Numbered from the stretch's first letter, positions 9,059-17,789 are shown. The stretch: DNA of 64,000 nucleotides from an uncultured archaeon (GCA_903831045.1 CAIKWG010000042.1:13239-77238), one strand, 5' to 3'. The notes: generated from the sequence alone by a model not told the origin. Program-made: numbers and translations.

Positions 9059-10114
9059 ATGAAAACAAGAATTTTCTTTATGATTGTGGGGCTCGTATTG
9101 TTTTCTTCAATAAAAGCCCAAAATGAGAATGCCTTAACCTTAAAGGATCTCAATCCAGCAACTTTTCGTATTCAACAGCTAAATGACTCAACCTGGGTGA
9201 GTTATGCTAACCTTAATGGAGCTGAACTGTGTGTAGATTCAATTCATTTGCGCGGAGATTCTTTACAACTGATGAATATGAATTTGGTTAAATCTGCTTA
9301 TACAGAAAAAGATTTAGTTCCGAAGTCTCTTTACAAGCAAACAGTTCAATCTCCCTGGAAAGGACATTGGCCAAAGTTGAAGATTGATGATGTCTCTTTG
9401 ACTTCAACAAAAATTTCTAATGAGGGGGCAGTAATAATTAATGTGAAATCTGAGATGACTGATGCAGGATCTGTTTTAAAAGATGGTCCCATACTCTTTA
9501 TTGCCCTTTTCCTATGTCTCTATCTTGGACTTTTTCCTGTCTGGTCATATTTTGATTTCAGGAAATGGTTTATCTTTATAGAGATTATTTCAGCACTTGC
9601 AATCATTGCTTTATCTGTTGCAGTTTTACATTTTTCTAAGGGAGACGTATTCTTTAAATGGATGTGGTTTCATGCAATGTTCATTCTCTGGGGATTGTTT
9701 ATTTCTGGCAATTTGTATATCCTATTCTATTCCCAACGTGAAAAGAGGTTTGCAAAAGAAGAAGCAGAAGAGGCAGCCCAGGAATCTAAAAAGTCTAGCC
9801 CGGGTGTAATGCCGATGATTCTTTTGTTTTTATTTCTTGGAGGATTAACTGCTGTTAATGCTCAGAATCTTCCTAAGAAAGAAAAAGAAAATGCAATTCC
9901 TCTCGAGTATGTTTTTCCAAAGAATAATCTTGATACCGCCTTCTGGCAAAATCAGATAATCAAACTGCACATTAAGGTTTACGACCTTGAAGATTTGAAT
10001 ACTCATTTGTATCAGAGGATTGTTTTGCAAGAACAAAAGTTGGATAAACTAACTGCAAGATTTGATTCCTTATCTGCAGTTGTGGAGCTTAAGGAAAATA
10101 AAAAGAAGAAATAA
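9059..10114 (+). CDS. secreted/membrane protein with a second internal signal-peptide-like segment
   Basis: N-terminal MKTRIFFMIVGLVLFSSIKAQ, central TM cluster, then in-frame MPMILLFLFLGGLTAVNAQ at 9809 plus coiled coil. Confidence 0.6.
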   Translation: MKTRIFFMIVGLVLFSSIKAQNENALTLKDLNPATFRIQQLNDSTWVSYANLNGAELCVDSIHLRGDSLQLMNMNLVKSAYTEKDLVPKSLYKQTVQSPWKGHWPKLKIDDVSLTSTKISNEGAVIINVKSEMTDAGSVLKDGPILFIALFLCLYLGLFPVWSYFDFRKWFIFIEIISALAIIALSVAVLHFSKGDVFFKWMWFHAMFILWGLFISGNLYILFYSQREKRFAKEEAEEAAQESKKSSPGVMPMILLFLFLGGLTAVNAQNLPKKEKENAIPLEYVFPKNNLDTAFWQNQIIKLHIKVYDLEDLNTHLYQRIVLQEQKLDKLTARFDSLSAVVELKENKKKK

Positions 10115-10131
10115 CTCTGTCCCTTGATTAT

Positions 10132-10177
10132 GCAGGCGTACTTGTTCTAGATAGTGCATTGTGCGCCTGCTTTTTTC
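10132..10177 (+). terminator. hairpin terminator, family A
   Basis: GCAGGCG...CGCCTGC followed by TTTTTT; resembles 1265-1310. Confidence 0.55.
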
Positions 10178-10213
10178 TAAACAAAATTAATAATATAAAT
10201 TCTTAAAACAAAA

Positions 10214-10621
10214 ATGAAAAAGTCTGATAATTTTTTCAGAGCAGTCATTTACACTGCCTTTTTTTGGGCAATGATCTTTGGTTCGTATCTAGGAGTTGAG
10301 AAAGATCGTAATGATTTAATTTCTCCATTTCTTTCTTCTCTTCTTGTGCTCACTTTCGCTTTATCCATCTATCTTTGGAAAAGTGTCATAAATTTTAACA
10401 GCTCACTTCTTTCTAAAGTTAAACTTCTGGGAAGGCCGATGTTTAATAAGATTAATCTAATATTTTTGGCCTTGGCCAATTCGATAATTGCTCTTGAGGG
10501 ATTATCGATACTTCTCCTGTTAAAGTTTACTTTCTTCCAAATCTTAATTGAGCTATTGTTTCTTGGAGTATGCTCTTTTGGTTTGTATTCAGTTCTTCCA
10601 AAGATTAAGGGTACTGATTAA
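10214..10621 (+). CDS. integral membrane protein
   Basis: 135 aa with 4 hydrophobic segments. Confidence 0.6.
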   Translation: MKKSDNFFRAVIYTAFFWAMIFGSYLGVEKDRNDLISPFLSSLLVLTFALSIYLWKSVINFNSSLLSKVKLLGRPMFNKINLIFLALANSIIALEGLSILLLLKFTFFQILIELLFLGVCSFGLYSVLPKIKGTD

Positions 10622-10641
10622 AGGCTTAATTATTAAAAACG

Positions 10642-11397
10642 ATGAAAAGAGTAATGTTTCTATTTGTTGTCATCCTAATGGTTGGCACAAATGTTGATGC
10701 ACAGATTGGATTTTCTGCTTCAGTTGCAGTACGAGATAGATATGTTTTTCCAATTGGATTACATGCCTATAAATCTTCAGTTATACAATCAGAACTGAGT
10801 GCTTTTTGGGAAAATCCTTCTGATAACCTAATTAGACTTCAATCAATTGGATATTCTGGCTGGGGCAGCTATGGAATTAAATCAAAAACCATTCACGAGT
10901 TTGATCATGTTTTATTTGCAAACTTTAATTTGCGATGGAAATTAAATCTCTCTCTACAACTAATGGCTTGGACTTATCCCGATGGAATTTTAGCTTTTGT
11001 GCCAGGTCAATATGATCGAGTGACTATTGTTGGATTGAACAGAGACTTTGAATTTGCAAAAAATCAAACAACAAATTTTAAGTTGAGTTGGTGGCAAATT
11101 TACAAAGTCGGAGATCTTAAATCTGGAACAGGATTCATGGGAGAAGTTAATCACACTCTTCCTTCTTTATTTAAAATTGTAAATCCTTCGCTTTCTGCAC
11201 AAACTTTTTACAGCCAAAACTTTTATATGTTTAAGCAAGGCTTTCTTGAAGTGCGTGGAGGAGTTGCATTTACCATTGACCTAAAATGTTGCACTGCAAC
11301 ATTGGACTTCAAATATCAAAAAAATTTGCAGAAAGAATATGAATCTTCTGGATTGTTTTATACTGGTTTCTTTTACGGATTAGCAATAAGTTTCTAA
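10642..11397 (+). CDS. secreted beta-barrel-like (outer-membrane-protein-like) protein
   Basis: Signal peptide ...GTNVDAQ; alternating hydrophobic beta-strand pattern; C-terminus FFYGLAISF ends in Phe. Confidence 0.6.
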   Translation: MKRVMFLFVVILMVGTNVDAQIGFSASVAVRDRYVFPIGLHAYKSSVIQSELSAFWENPSDNLIRLQSIGYSGWGSYGIKSKTIHEFDHVLFANFNLRWKLNLSLQLMAWTYPDGILAFVPGQYDRVTIVGLNRDFEFAKNQTTNFKLSWWQIYKVGDLKSGTGFMGEVNHTLPSLFKIVNPSLSAQTFYSQNFYMFKQGFLEVRGGVAFTIDLKCCTATLDFKYQKNLQKEYESSGLFYTGFFYGLAISF

Positions 11398-11408
11398 GAA
11401 GAAAAAAA

Positions 11409-11555
11409 ATGAAAAAGATAAAAAAAGTTGACTGGGTTATTTTAATTGGAACTTTCTTACTAATTCTCTTCTTATCTGTGCAAATTACTGTTAGTGCTTC
11501 ACATGCTAATAAAAGTAATAAGGCTTCGAGTCAAATTGAAGCTGTTCGTTCTTAA
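11409..11555 (+). CDS. small single-TM protein (48 aa, below ORF-track cutoff)
   Basis: Hand translation MKKIKKVDWVILIGTFLLILFLSVQITVSASHANK...; fills the gap. Confidence 0.4.
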   Translation: MKKIKKVDWVILIGTFLLILFLSVQITVSASHANKSNKASSQIEAVRS

Positions 11556-11585
11556 AAACAATTTAATGTATAGGAGAAAATAAAA

Positions 11586-11789
11586 ATGAAAAATTTTATT
11601 AAACTTATCTCGCATCCTCTTGTGGTTGCAGTTGTAACGCTTTTCATGATTGCTTTTGGAGCATTGGCAATTAACATGATTAATCCAGAGTATTTTAAAG
11701 ATGCAAAACACTTTAATGAACTTCTTGAGTGGTTAATTGGAGGCCCTGTTGCTGCCTGGTGTTTAACCTGGTTATTTAATAGAAATTAA
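11586..11789 (+). CDS. small membrane protein
   Basis: 67 aa, 2 TM; TAGGAG 8 nt upstream of ATG. Confidence 0.55.
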   Translation: MKNFIKLISHPLVVAVVTLFMIAFGALAINMINPEYFKDAKHFNELLEWLIGGPVAAWCLTWLFNRN

Positions 11790-11794
11790 TTACC

Positions 11795-12160
11795 ATGGCA
11801 ACACTAGGGGAATTTGCAAGAATCATGGTAACCCGCATTGAATTCAAGCAGGTTCCAGATTTGACCGATGCAGAAATTAACAAAATGATTATTGAGCTTC
11901 TTAAGGAGATTGAAAAAACTCTTCTTGATTGGAGAGGGTTAAATCAAAGTGGAGATGATTTTTTTAATATGGACATTGTGTATATGCGGCCAGTAAAAAT
12001 GTCTTCCATATCTACTTTTAGAGAGGATATCTTTGTGGTAAAAAGTGCTCTTGAAAATTATCCCCTCTTTGCAACCAAGGCTCAAGACAAAGTTCAATGC
12101 TTAGAGTATAGAGATGCGATCCTCCTCAATTTGCGATTGATTCTTCGTCTTCTCAGTTAG
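11795..12160 (+). CDS. hypothetical protein
   Basis: 121-aa ORF; no TM. Confidence 0.55.
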   Translation: MATLGEFARIMVTRIEFKQVPDLTDAEINKMIIELLKEIEKTLLDWRGLNQSGDDFFNMDIVYMRPVKMSSISTFREDIFVVKSALENYPLFATKAQDKVQCLEYRDAILLNLRLILRLLS

Positions 12161-12193
12161 AAAGTAGCAAAGAGTAAATCTGATGTCTCACCA

Positions 12194-12236
12194 GTGTGCA
12201 GGATAAATTGAAAGAAGAGTTCTGCACACTTTTTTC
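12194..12236 (+). terminator. hairpin terminator, family B
   Basis: GTGTGCAGGAT...TTCTGCACAC followed by TTTTTT. Confidence 0.65.
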
Positions 12237-12303
12237 TAATGTCTATAAAAACAATAAACAATTTTCAAATTTTATTAATAAATAATTTATAGGAGATTTT
12301 ATT

Positions 12304-12978
12304 ATGGAAAACGTTGTTAATTTTGATTCTTGGAATTTTAAACGTGTTTTAAGAATCAGTTTAAGAATTGCATTAATTTATTTATTTCTGGCAATGCTTT
12401 CACTTGCACTCTGGGGGACAAATGGAAAGATTATAGTCCCATCGAATCCAGGAACAATGGCATCATTTATTCACTTTGAAAGTTTAACTTTGCCTTGGGG
12501 TGAATGGACTCAGAATGTTATTGATTTCTTTATGATTATCTTATATGGAAGCATTATGGGTTTTATGGCATCTTTACTCAGAAAGGCAAATCAAAGCACG
12601 GACCTTTTCAATTTTAGCATGATCTTTGTTTTAATTGGATTAGTTCTTTTAATCTCTATACTACTGAATGCCCTGCAAGGTTTCTATTTTGGAATCACAG
12701 TTTCTTCTATGATTATAGTAGCCATGGGAATTTTATTCGGAATAAAAAATCTTTTTTCTAAATCAGAAATTCTCTTGGGAGGTATGTTTTTCCCTCTGAG
12801 CATTGCCCTAGGAGTTAGCATTTTTTCGGGAGTTCTTTTAGGATTGCTCACTGGAATATGCTGTCTGATTCTATTTTTCCTTTTTGTTCTTATTTTCAAG
12901 TTTTTCACTTCTGAAAAACCCTGGCTATTGATTTGGGATCATGGATTGAAACAAATTCTGCTTCCTATTTTAAAGTAA
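12304..12978 (+). CDS. integral membrane protein
   Basis: 224 aa with about 6 TM; TAGGAG cassette upstream. Confidence 0.65.
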   Translation: MENVVNFDSWNFKRVLRISLRIALIYLFLAMLSLALWGTNGKIIVPSNPGTMASFIHFESLTLPWGEWTQNVIDFFMIILYGSIMGFMASLLRKANQSTDLFNFSMIFVLIGLVLLISILLNALQGFYFGITVSSMIIVAMGILFGIKNLFSKSEILLGGMFFPLSIALGVSIFSGVLLGLLTGICCLILFFLFVLIFKFFTSEKPWLLIWDHGLKQILLPILK

Positions 12979-12994
12979 TCTAAATCTGCTGGAG

Positions 12995-13033
12995 GTGGCG
13001 AATTCTTGATGTCTTGATTCGCCACTTTCTTCT
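12995..13033 (+). terminator. hairpin terminator
   Basis: GTGGCGAAT...ATTCGCCAC then T-rich tract. Confidence 0.55.
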
Positions 13034-13066
13034 TATTAACAAATTAATTGTATAGGAGATTTTATT
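13033..13066 (+). promoter_or_regulatory. reiterated 5' cassette
   Basis: ttattaacaaattaattgtataggagattttatt before ATG 13067. Confidence 0.5.
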
Positions 13067-13378
13067 ATGAACAAAATCCAAAAGGTTTTGCTAGCGATTG
13101 CCCGAGCTTGTGGTAGTCCTGCTAAACCATCTGCCAAAGTGCGTATTCTTGAAACAGGTGAAAGTGTTGATGTCTATGGCAAACCTGCAAATGATTGGAG
13201 AGAAGGTTCTCAAGTTTTCATCTATTCTAGCTCTTCGCCAACTCGCTGGACAGCTAGAAATATTAAAATGAAAAAAGATGAAGACACCGAAATTCTTCTA
13301 GATACTCATAGATTCAATCACCCTAAACGGCTTCAAAGAGTTATCGCTAAAAAAGCAATTGTAATTCAAAAATTTTAA
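13067..13378 (+). CDS. small beta-rich protein (family with 13636/14087/14514)
   Basis: AKVRILETGESVDVYG...WREGSQVFIYSS motif shared with downstream paralogs; no signal peptide. Confidence 0.6.
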   Translation: MNKIQKVLLAIARACGSPAKPSAKVRILETGESVDVYGKPANDWREGSQVFIYSSSSPTRWTARNIKMKKDEDTEILLDTHRFNHPKRLQRVIAKKAIVIQKF

Positions 13379-13382
13379 TTCC

Positions 13383-13634
13383 ATGAAAAAAAAGTATTTC
13401 TACATTCTTACCTGCGAGTTTATAGAACCGAGATATGGAGAGTCCTGCAAAAGAACATCTACAGGGATTATTATTCCTAAAGATGAGAATCTAGCAGAAA
13501 ATGATCTTCCTGAAATTTATTCTCTTTGTTTAAAAAAGTTTAAGGAATTGCATCCTGTATGCAAACGGTTTGTAACTCTCTTTTATTCTCTTACTGAAAT
13601 TCCTGAAGAAGTTAAAAAAGAAGGAGATAATTAA
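13383..13634 (+). CDS. small hypothetical protein, paralog of 31130-31363
   Basis: MKKKYFYILTCEF...TLFYSLTEIPEE vs MRKKYFYILTCEV...TVFYRLTETT. Confidence 0.6.
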   Translation: MKKKYFYILTCEFIEPRYGESCKRTSTGIIIPKDENLAENDLPEIYSLCLKKFKELHPVCKRFVTLFYSLTEIPEEVKKEGDN

Positions 13635-13635
13635 A

Positions 13636-14052
13636 ATGAAAAAGTTCACCGCTCGAGACCAACTTGAGTTTGTAAAAACCAAGTCTCAGAAAAGAACAAA
13701 GAATTTAGGAATCATTATCCTAATTTTTCTTGTTATTATAATTGTTGTAAGTCTTATTTCTTGTGCATCCAATGAGACTAAGCCAGTGGCCAAAGTTTTC
13801 ATTCAGAAAGAGGAATGCACAATGATGATATACGGAGAGTTCCCCAAGGGATTAACAGTTGGAGAAAAGATAGTCATCTCTAAGGTCGCAGATGCAAGAT
13901 GGACCTACTGTGAGCCTTCAGTAGAATTTATGAGAGACACAGTCATTCCATCCAGCTTTAATACGAACTATCAATCCTATCGCTGGGCAACTATTCTTGA
14001 AATCTATTCCGCTTCAGAAACAAAAAATGAAGCTATTGATGTAGAGAAATAA
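13636..14052 (+). CDS. small lipoprotein-like protein (paralog array)
   Basis: TM/lipobox LISCAS; VAKVFIQKEE...GEKIVISK...YRWATILEIY. Confidence 0.6.
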   Translation: MKKFTARDQLEFVKTKSQKRTKNLGIIILIFLVIIIVVSLISCASNETKPVAKVFIQKEECTMMIYGEFPKGLTVGEKIVISKVADARWTYCEPSVEFMRDTVIPSSFNTNYQSYRWATILEIYSASETKNEAIDVEK

Positions 14053-14086
14053 TTAATTAACAATTAAATTTTAAGGAGAAATTAAA

Positions 14087-14470
14087 ATGAACTCAAAGAA
14101 AAAAATCTTGAAGTATGTTAATGGGTTGTTTACTGTTGGACTTATCCTGATTAGCCTGGTTTCATGTGCTAAAAAATATCCAACATCTGAGAAGGACTTT
14201 AAACCAGATGTCTATACTTCTGCAATTGTGCATCTCCTGAAAGAGAAAAAGGATGTTGAAGTAACAGGAGATTTTTCTTCAAAATGTAAGGAAGGAGATA
14301 CCGTGCTTGTTATGCAGAATATTTATTCTAGTGGTAGAAGAGTGTGCATTTATTCTTGGTGTTATTTGGATTCTCCGGTGTCAATACGAGATACTGTTTT
14401 TTCTAGTGCCGGGGATATTTATGTCTACAGAAATGCAGTTATTTATTTGCTCAGGCTTGATGAAGATTAA
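14087..14470 (+). CDS. small lipoprotein-like protein (paralog array)
   Basis: Lipobox LVSCAK; CKEGDTVLVMQN beta-motif; AAGGAG upstream. Confidence 0.6.
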   Translation: MNSKKKILKYVNGLFTVGLILISLVSCAKKYPTSEKDFKPDVYTSAIVHLLKEKKDVEVTGDFSSKCKEGDTVLVMQNIYSSGRRVCIYSWCYLDSPVSIRDTVFSSAGDIYVYRNAVIYLLRLDED

Positions 14471-14513
14471 TTAACATTTAACAAACAATTTAATCTATTG
14501 GAGGACATTTATC

Positions 14514-14978
14514 ATGAAACTTAAATTAATGGTTGCATGGATTATATTACTTGCAACAGTTAGTCTTGTTTCTTGTACTAGCCCAGTCGCCAAAGTTCTC
14601 ATTCAAAAGGAAAGCACTGAAGTTTTTATCTACGAAAGGTTTTCCCATGAATGGAAAGTAGGAGACAGAATTTTTATCTATCGCGATTTACGAGGTCAGT
14701 GGATTTATGACGAATATAATCTAAAATCTAAGGGCCTTGAAAACCGTAATTACAATGCAGTTTATGCTTGTAGATGGGCTACAATTCAAGAAATTTATCT
14801 TCTTAAGGAATCGCAATCAAATAATTCCCCTTCCACAGAAAAAGTTGAGAATGATAAATCAACAGATATTATTATTGTTTCAATTCTTTTGCTAATTGGA
14901 GTCGGCTTTATTTTGATTGTAATTTTAGCTCTTAATGATTTATTTAAAATCAAGAAAAAAACAATTTCTAAACATTGA
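14514..14978 (+). CDS. small lipoprotein-like protein with C-terminal TM (paralog array)
   Basis: Lipobox LVSCTS; VAKVLIQKES...WKVGDRIFIY...CRWATIQEIY. Confidence 0.6.
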   Translation: MKLKLMVAWIILLATVSLVSCTSPVAKVLIQKESTEVFIYERFSHEWKVGDRIFIYRDLRGQWIYDEYNLKSKGLENRNYNAVYACRWATIQEIYLLKESQSNNSPSTEKVENDKSTDIIIVSILLLIGVGFILIVILALNDLFKIKKKTISKH

Positions 14979-15001
14979 TTATCTATTAGAGGATTTTAAT
15001 T

Positions 15002-15430
15002 ATGAAAAAATTCACAATTGAAGAGTTCGATGAACTCACAACTGGCAAAAGTCAATGGTCTCTGAGCGCTCGAGGGAAAATTATTTCTCTTGTTGAGAGG
15101 GGCACATGTCTAAAATCAGAGATGGATAATTTTATTCTCTCAATTTGGGGGAAGAAAAGCATACTTAAAAATGAAGGAAAAAGTGTGGAAGGACTATGTG
15201 CAGTATCTTCGCCAGTTGAAGATTTTAAAGAAGGTAAAAAATATCTTCTGCATCTTGGTGACCCCTATGAATTGGAAGCTACTGTTATTGGAGAGATTGT
15301 TCTTTCTGATGCGGCGGGAAATAAAACTAACTTCCTCTTATTGCAAACAGACCAAGGTTCAATCTTGCAGTGTTATACAAATCCTAATGGGCGAATGCCT
15401 GCAGTTGAAATCTATAAGGAAATCAGTTAA
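15002..15430 (+). CDS. hypothetical protein
   Basis: 142 aa; N-terminus KKFTIEEFDELTTGKSQW resembles KKISLAEFLEMTKGMYVW of 33984-34436. Confidence 0.6.
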   Translation: MKKFTIEEFDELTTGKSQWSLSARGKIISLVERGTCLKSEMDNFILSIWGKKSILKNEGKSVEGLCAVSSPVEDFKEGKKYLLHLGDPYELEATVIGEIVLSDAAGNKTNFLLLQTDQGSILQCYTNPNGRMPAVEIYKEIS

Positions 15431-15489
15431 TCAACTTTCAATTTTTATTCGCAATTTTATTTATTCATTAATTTATAGGAGACATAAAA

Positions 15490-15681
15490 ATGATCTCAAG
15501 AAAAAAACAAGAGAATTATGCTTGGAAAATTTTTATAGGCTTAATTTGTATTTGGGCAATGATAATTGGTTTTCAGGTTATGCTCTGGATTTCTAAGTAC
15601 ATTTTGATTGGAGCTATTTTAGCAGCCATTTGTTTTTTGGTTATGAGGATTAATAATAAAAAACCAAAAGGTAATGCCTGA
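15490..15681 (+). CDS. small membrane protein (2 TM)
   Basis: 63 aa; TAGGAG upstream; stop overlaps AAA+ start by 8 nt. Confidence 0.55.
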   Translation: MISRKKQENYAWKIFIGLICIWAMIIGFQVMLWISKYILIGAILAAICFLVMRINNKKPKGNA

Positions 15682-17569
15682 TGAAATTGAACTCCCAGAC
15701 AATACCTTGTCTCCAGAAGAAAAAGACAAGCGTATAAAAGAGTTGGAGCAAATAGTTCAGAATCTGACCAGCAATATTAATCTTCTAAAATCTTCTAATA
15801 GTGGAAGTAATGCCTACATCCAAGAAGCAGAAAGTAGAATTCATCTTCTTGAGGAGATATTGAAGGGACGTATTGATGGTACAGAATCTGGAAAAGAACT
15901 TGTTTTACGTTTACATTCTGGGCTTCAAAAAGCTAAGGAAAAAATAACTGAGCAAAGGAAGCGCATTGAAGACCTGACTCAAGAACCTTTTATTATAGCA
16001 ACTATTCTTCGACTCTACAAGCAGGAAGGTAAGATAAATTACAGGAAGGCACATTATACCGAATTCAATGAAGGAAGTATTGTGCACATTAATCCTGAAG
16101 GTCCGTTTAGTCATCATACCTCTGCTAAAGGATTAATTCTTTCTATTGAGGGTTCAATCGCAAGTGTAAAATTTGAAGATGGATATGAAAATAATTATCC
16201 AGTTGGAGAGGGTAGTGATGCCTTACTTTTATTGGATGAGAAAACAACTGTCCTTCCAAAATTTTCTGCACTTGTTAACCTTGAAGGAAGAAAAATGGAG
16301 CTCACAGTTCCAGAAAAATTATTTCCCGTTCTTTCTCCAGGGGGAAGTGTCAAGCTCACGCAAAAAATGCAGATTGTTGATTATTATAATCCTCCTCAAA
16401 CAGGAGAGCTGGCAACTGTGCTTTCTGTTATTGATAGATCTTTTTGCAAAGTGGATTTTCAAGGAGCAAAGCTTAAGATTCTTCTTGGGAAAACTAATCC
16501 AGAACCAGGAGATACTGTTTTAATTGATTCTTCACGAACAATTATCCTAGCGAATCTTGGTAAAGATAATTCTAAGTTTTCTGTGGATAGTCTAACTCCT
16601 GTTTCTTGGGATGATATTGGTGGACTTAGAGAGGCAAAAGCTCAACTTCTTGAAGCTTTTATTACTCCCTCAAAGCAAACTAAAGAATATTCCTTTTATT
16701 CTAAAAAAATCTCAAAAGGAGCTTTGCTCCTCGGAGGTCCTGGTAGAGGAAAAACTCTTCTAGTGCGCGGACTAGTTAACAATCTTGTAGAAATTCACGG
16801 TCCAGATTTCTTGGAGGAAGGGTTTGCTGTGATAAAGGGGCCAGAAATTCTAACCAAGTATATTGGTGAACCCGAAGCATTCCTAAGAGAAGTATTTACT
16901 CGGCTCAAGAGTTATTCTAAACGAACAGGCAATCGCTCCTATCTTTTCATTGATGAAGCAGAAGCAATAGGCAGAAAACGCGGCACCGGAAAAAGTTCTG
17001 ATGTTGAAATGACCATTGTTCCAACTCTGCTTACGGAGATGGATGGACTTGAAAGTTCTTCGGTAACTGTTCTAATGGCAACAAACAGAGCAGACATTAT
17101 GGATCCCGCACTAACTAGGGACGGTAGAATTGACATGAAGATTCTTGTTCCAATGCCCCCCAAAGAAGATGCACTTGAAATTTTCAAGATTCATATGCGT
17201 AATTCTCCTTTAGGAGTGGGTTTGACCTTAGATGCACTCGCTAGTTTTGCCAATGAAGAATTATTTAGTGGAAAATATTCCTTCTATGAATTTTCAAAAG
17301 CAAAAGGCAAAAAAACAGAAATGTTTCTCTTTGGTCTTCCGAATATTCTTAATGGAGCTATGATTGCAAACATTATTGAAAATGCAAAAGCTTTTGCTCT
17401 TCGTAGGGATATTGAAAATAAAACTCTGACTGGTTTATCCGAGGGAGATATTCTTAAGGCACTCTCTTCAACATTTGAACAAAACAAACTTCTCAACTAT
17501 GAAGATGACCTGAAAGAATTTATCTCCTTGCATGAACTTGACATTTTCTCTGGTAAAAAATTCTATTAA
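15674..17569 (+). CDS. AAA+ unfoldase of the Mpa/ARC (bacterial proteasome ATPase) type
   Basis: Coiled coil, then two beta-barrel segments (GRKMELTVPEKLFPVLSPGGSVKL; PEPGDTVLIDSS). Walker A GGPGRGKT, Walker B LFIDEAEA, RKRGTGKSSDVEMTIVPTLLTEMDG, ATNRADIMDPALTRDGRID. Confidence 0.85.
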   Translation: MPDEIELPDNTLSPEEKDKRIKELEQIVQNLTSNINLLKSSNSGSNAYIQEAESRIHLLEEILKGRIDGTESGKELVLRLHSGLQKAKEKITEQRKRIEDLTQEPFIIATILRLYKQEGKINYRKAHYTEFNEGSIVHINPEGPFSHHTSAKGLILSIEGSIASVKFEDGYENNYPVGEGSDALLLLDEKTTVLPKFSALVNLEGRKMELTVPEKLFPVLSPGGSVKLTQKMQIVDYYNPPQTGELATVLSVIDRSFCKVDFQGAKLKILLGKTNPEPGDTVLIDSSRTIILANLGKDNSKFSVDSLTPVSWDDIGGLREAKAQLLEAFITPSKQTKEYSFYSKKISKGALLLGGPGRGKTLLVRGLVNNLVEIHGPDFLEEGFAVIKGPEILTKYIGEPEAFLREVFTRLKSYSKRTGNRSYLFIDEAEAIGRKRGTGKSSDVEMTIVPTLLTEMDGLESSSVTVLMATNRADIMDPALTRDGRIDMKILVPMPPKEDALEIFKIHMRNSPLGVGLTLDALASFANEELFSGKYSFYEFSKAKGKKTEMFLFGLPNILNGAMIANIIENAKAFALRRDIENKTLTGLSEGDILKALSSTFEQNKLLNYEDDLKEFISLHELDIFSGKKFY

Positions 17570-17579
17570 TCTTCTTGTT

Positions 17580-17762
17580 ATGGATCAAAAGCAAATCTTT
17601 GCAGATCCTGAAGAAAAAAAACTTCCTAAGGATTTGAATTTAGGTCCTCCTGAAGAAACTTCAGAAGAACAGGCAGAAGGAATAGGGAAATTTTTAGCAG
17701 ACCTGGCAGAGCTAATTGCAGACTCACAGAAGTTATTTGACAAGCTTTCGGCAAATCAATAA
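17580..17762 (+). CDS. acidic 60-aa peptide ending in Gln (Pup-like in position and composition only)
   Basis: Track ORF trimmed to ATG 17580; MDQKQIFADPEE...EGIGKFLADLAELIADSQKLFDKLSANQ. Confidence 0.5.
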   Translation: MDQKQIFADPEEKKLPKDLNLGPPEETSEEQAEGIGKFLADLAELIADSQKLFDKLSANQ

Positions 17763-17789
17763 TTTCTATTGTATTAACATTCTCATTTA

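Noticed and set aside
13383-14052. Toxin-antitoxin reading of adjacent small ORF pairs
   Set aside because: I recognise no toxin or antitoxin fold. Several members are exported lipoproteins and belong to paralog arrays.
15171-15596. 141-aa + strand ORF in another frame
   Set aside because: It overlaps both 15002-15430 and 15490-15681, which have proper RBS cassettes. It also reads through the intergenic cassette.
16173-17496. ORFs 16173-16523(+), 16939-17187(-), 17284-17496(-) and 15911-16117(-)
   Set aside because: All lie inside the AAA+ gene, whose Walker and SRH motifs fix the true frame.
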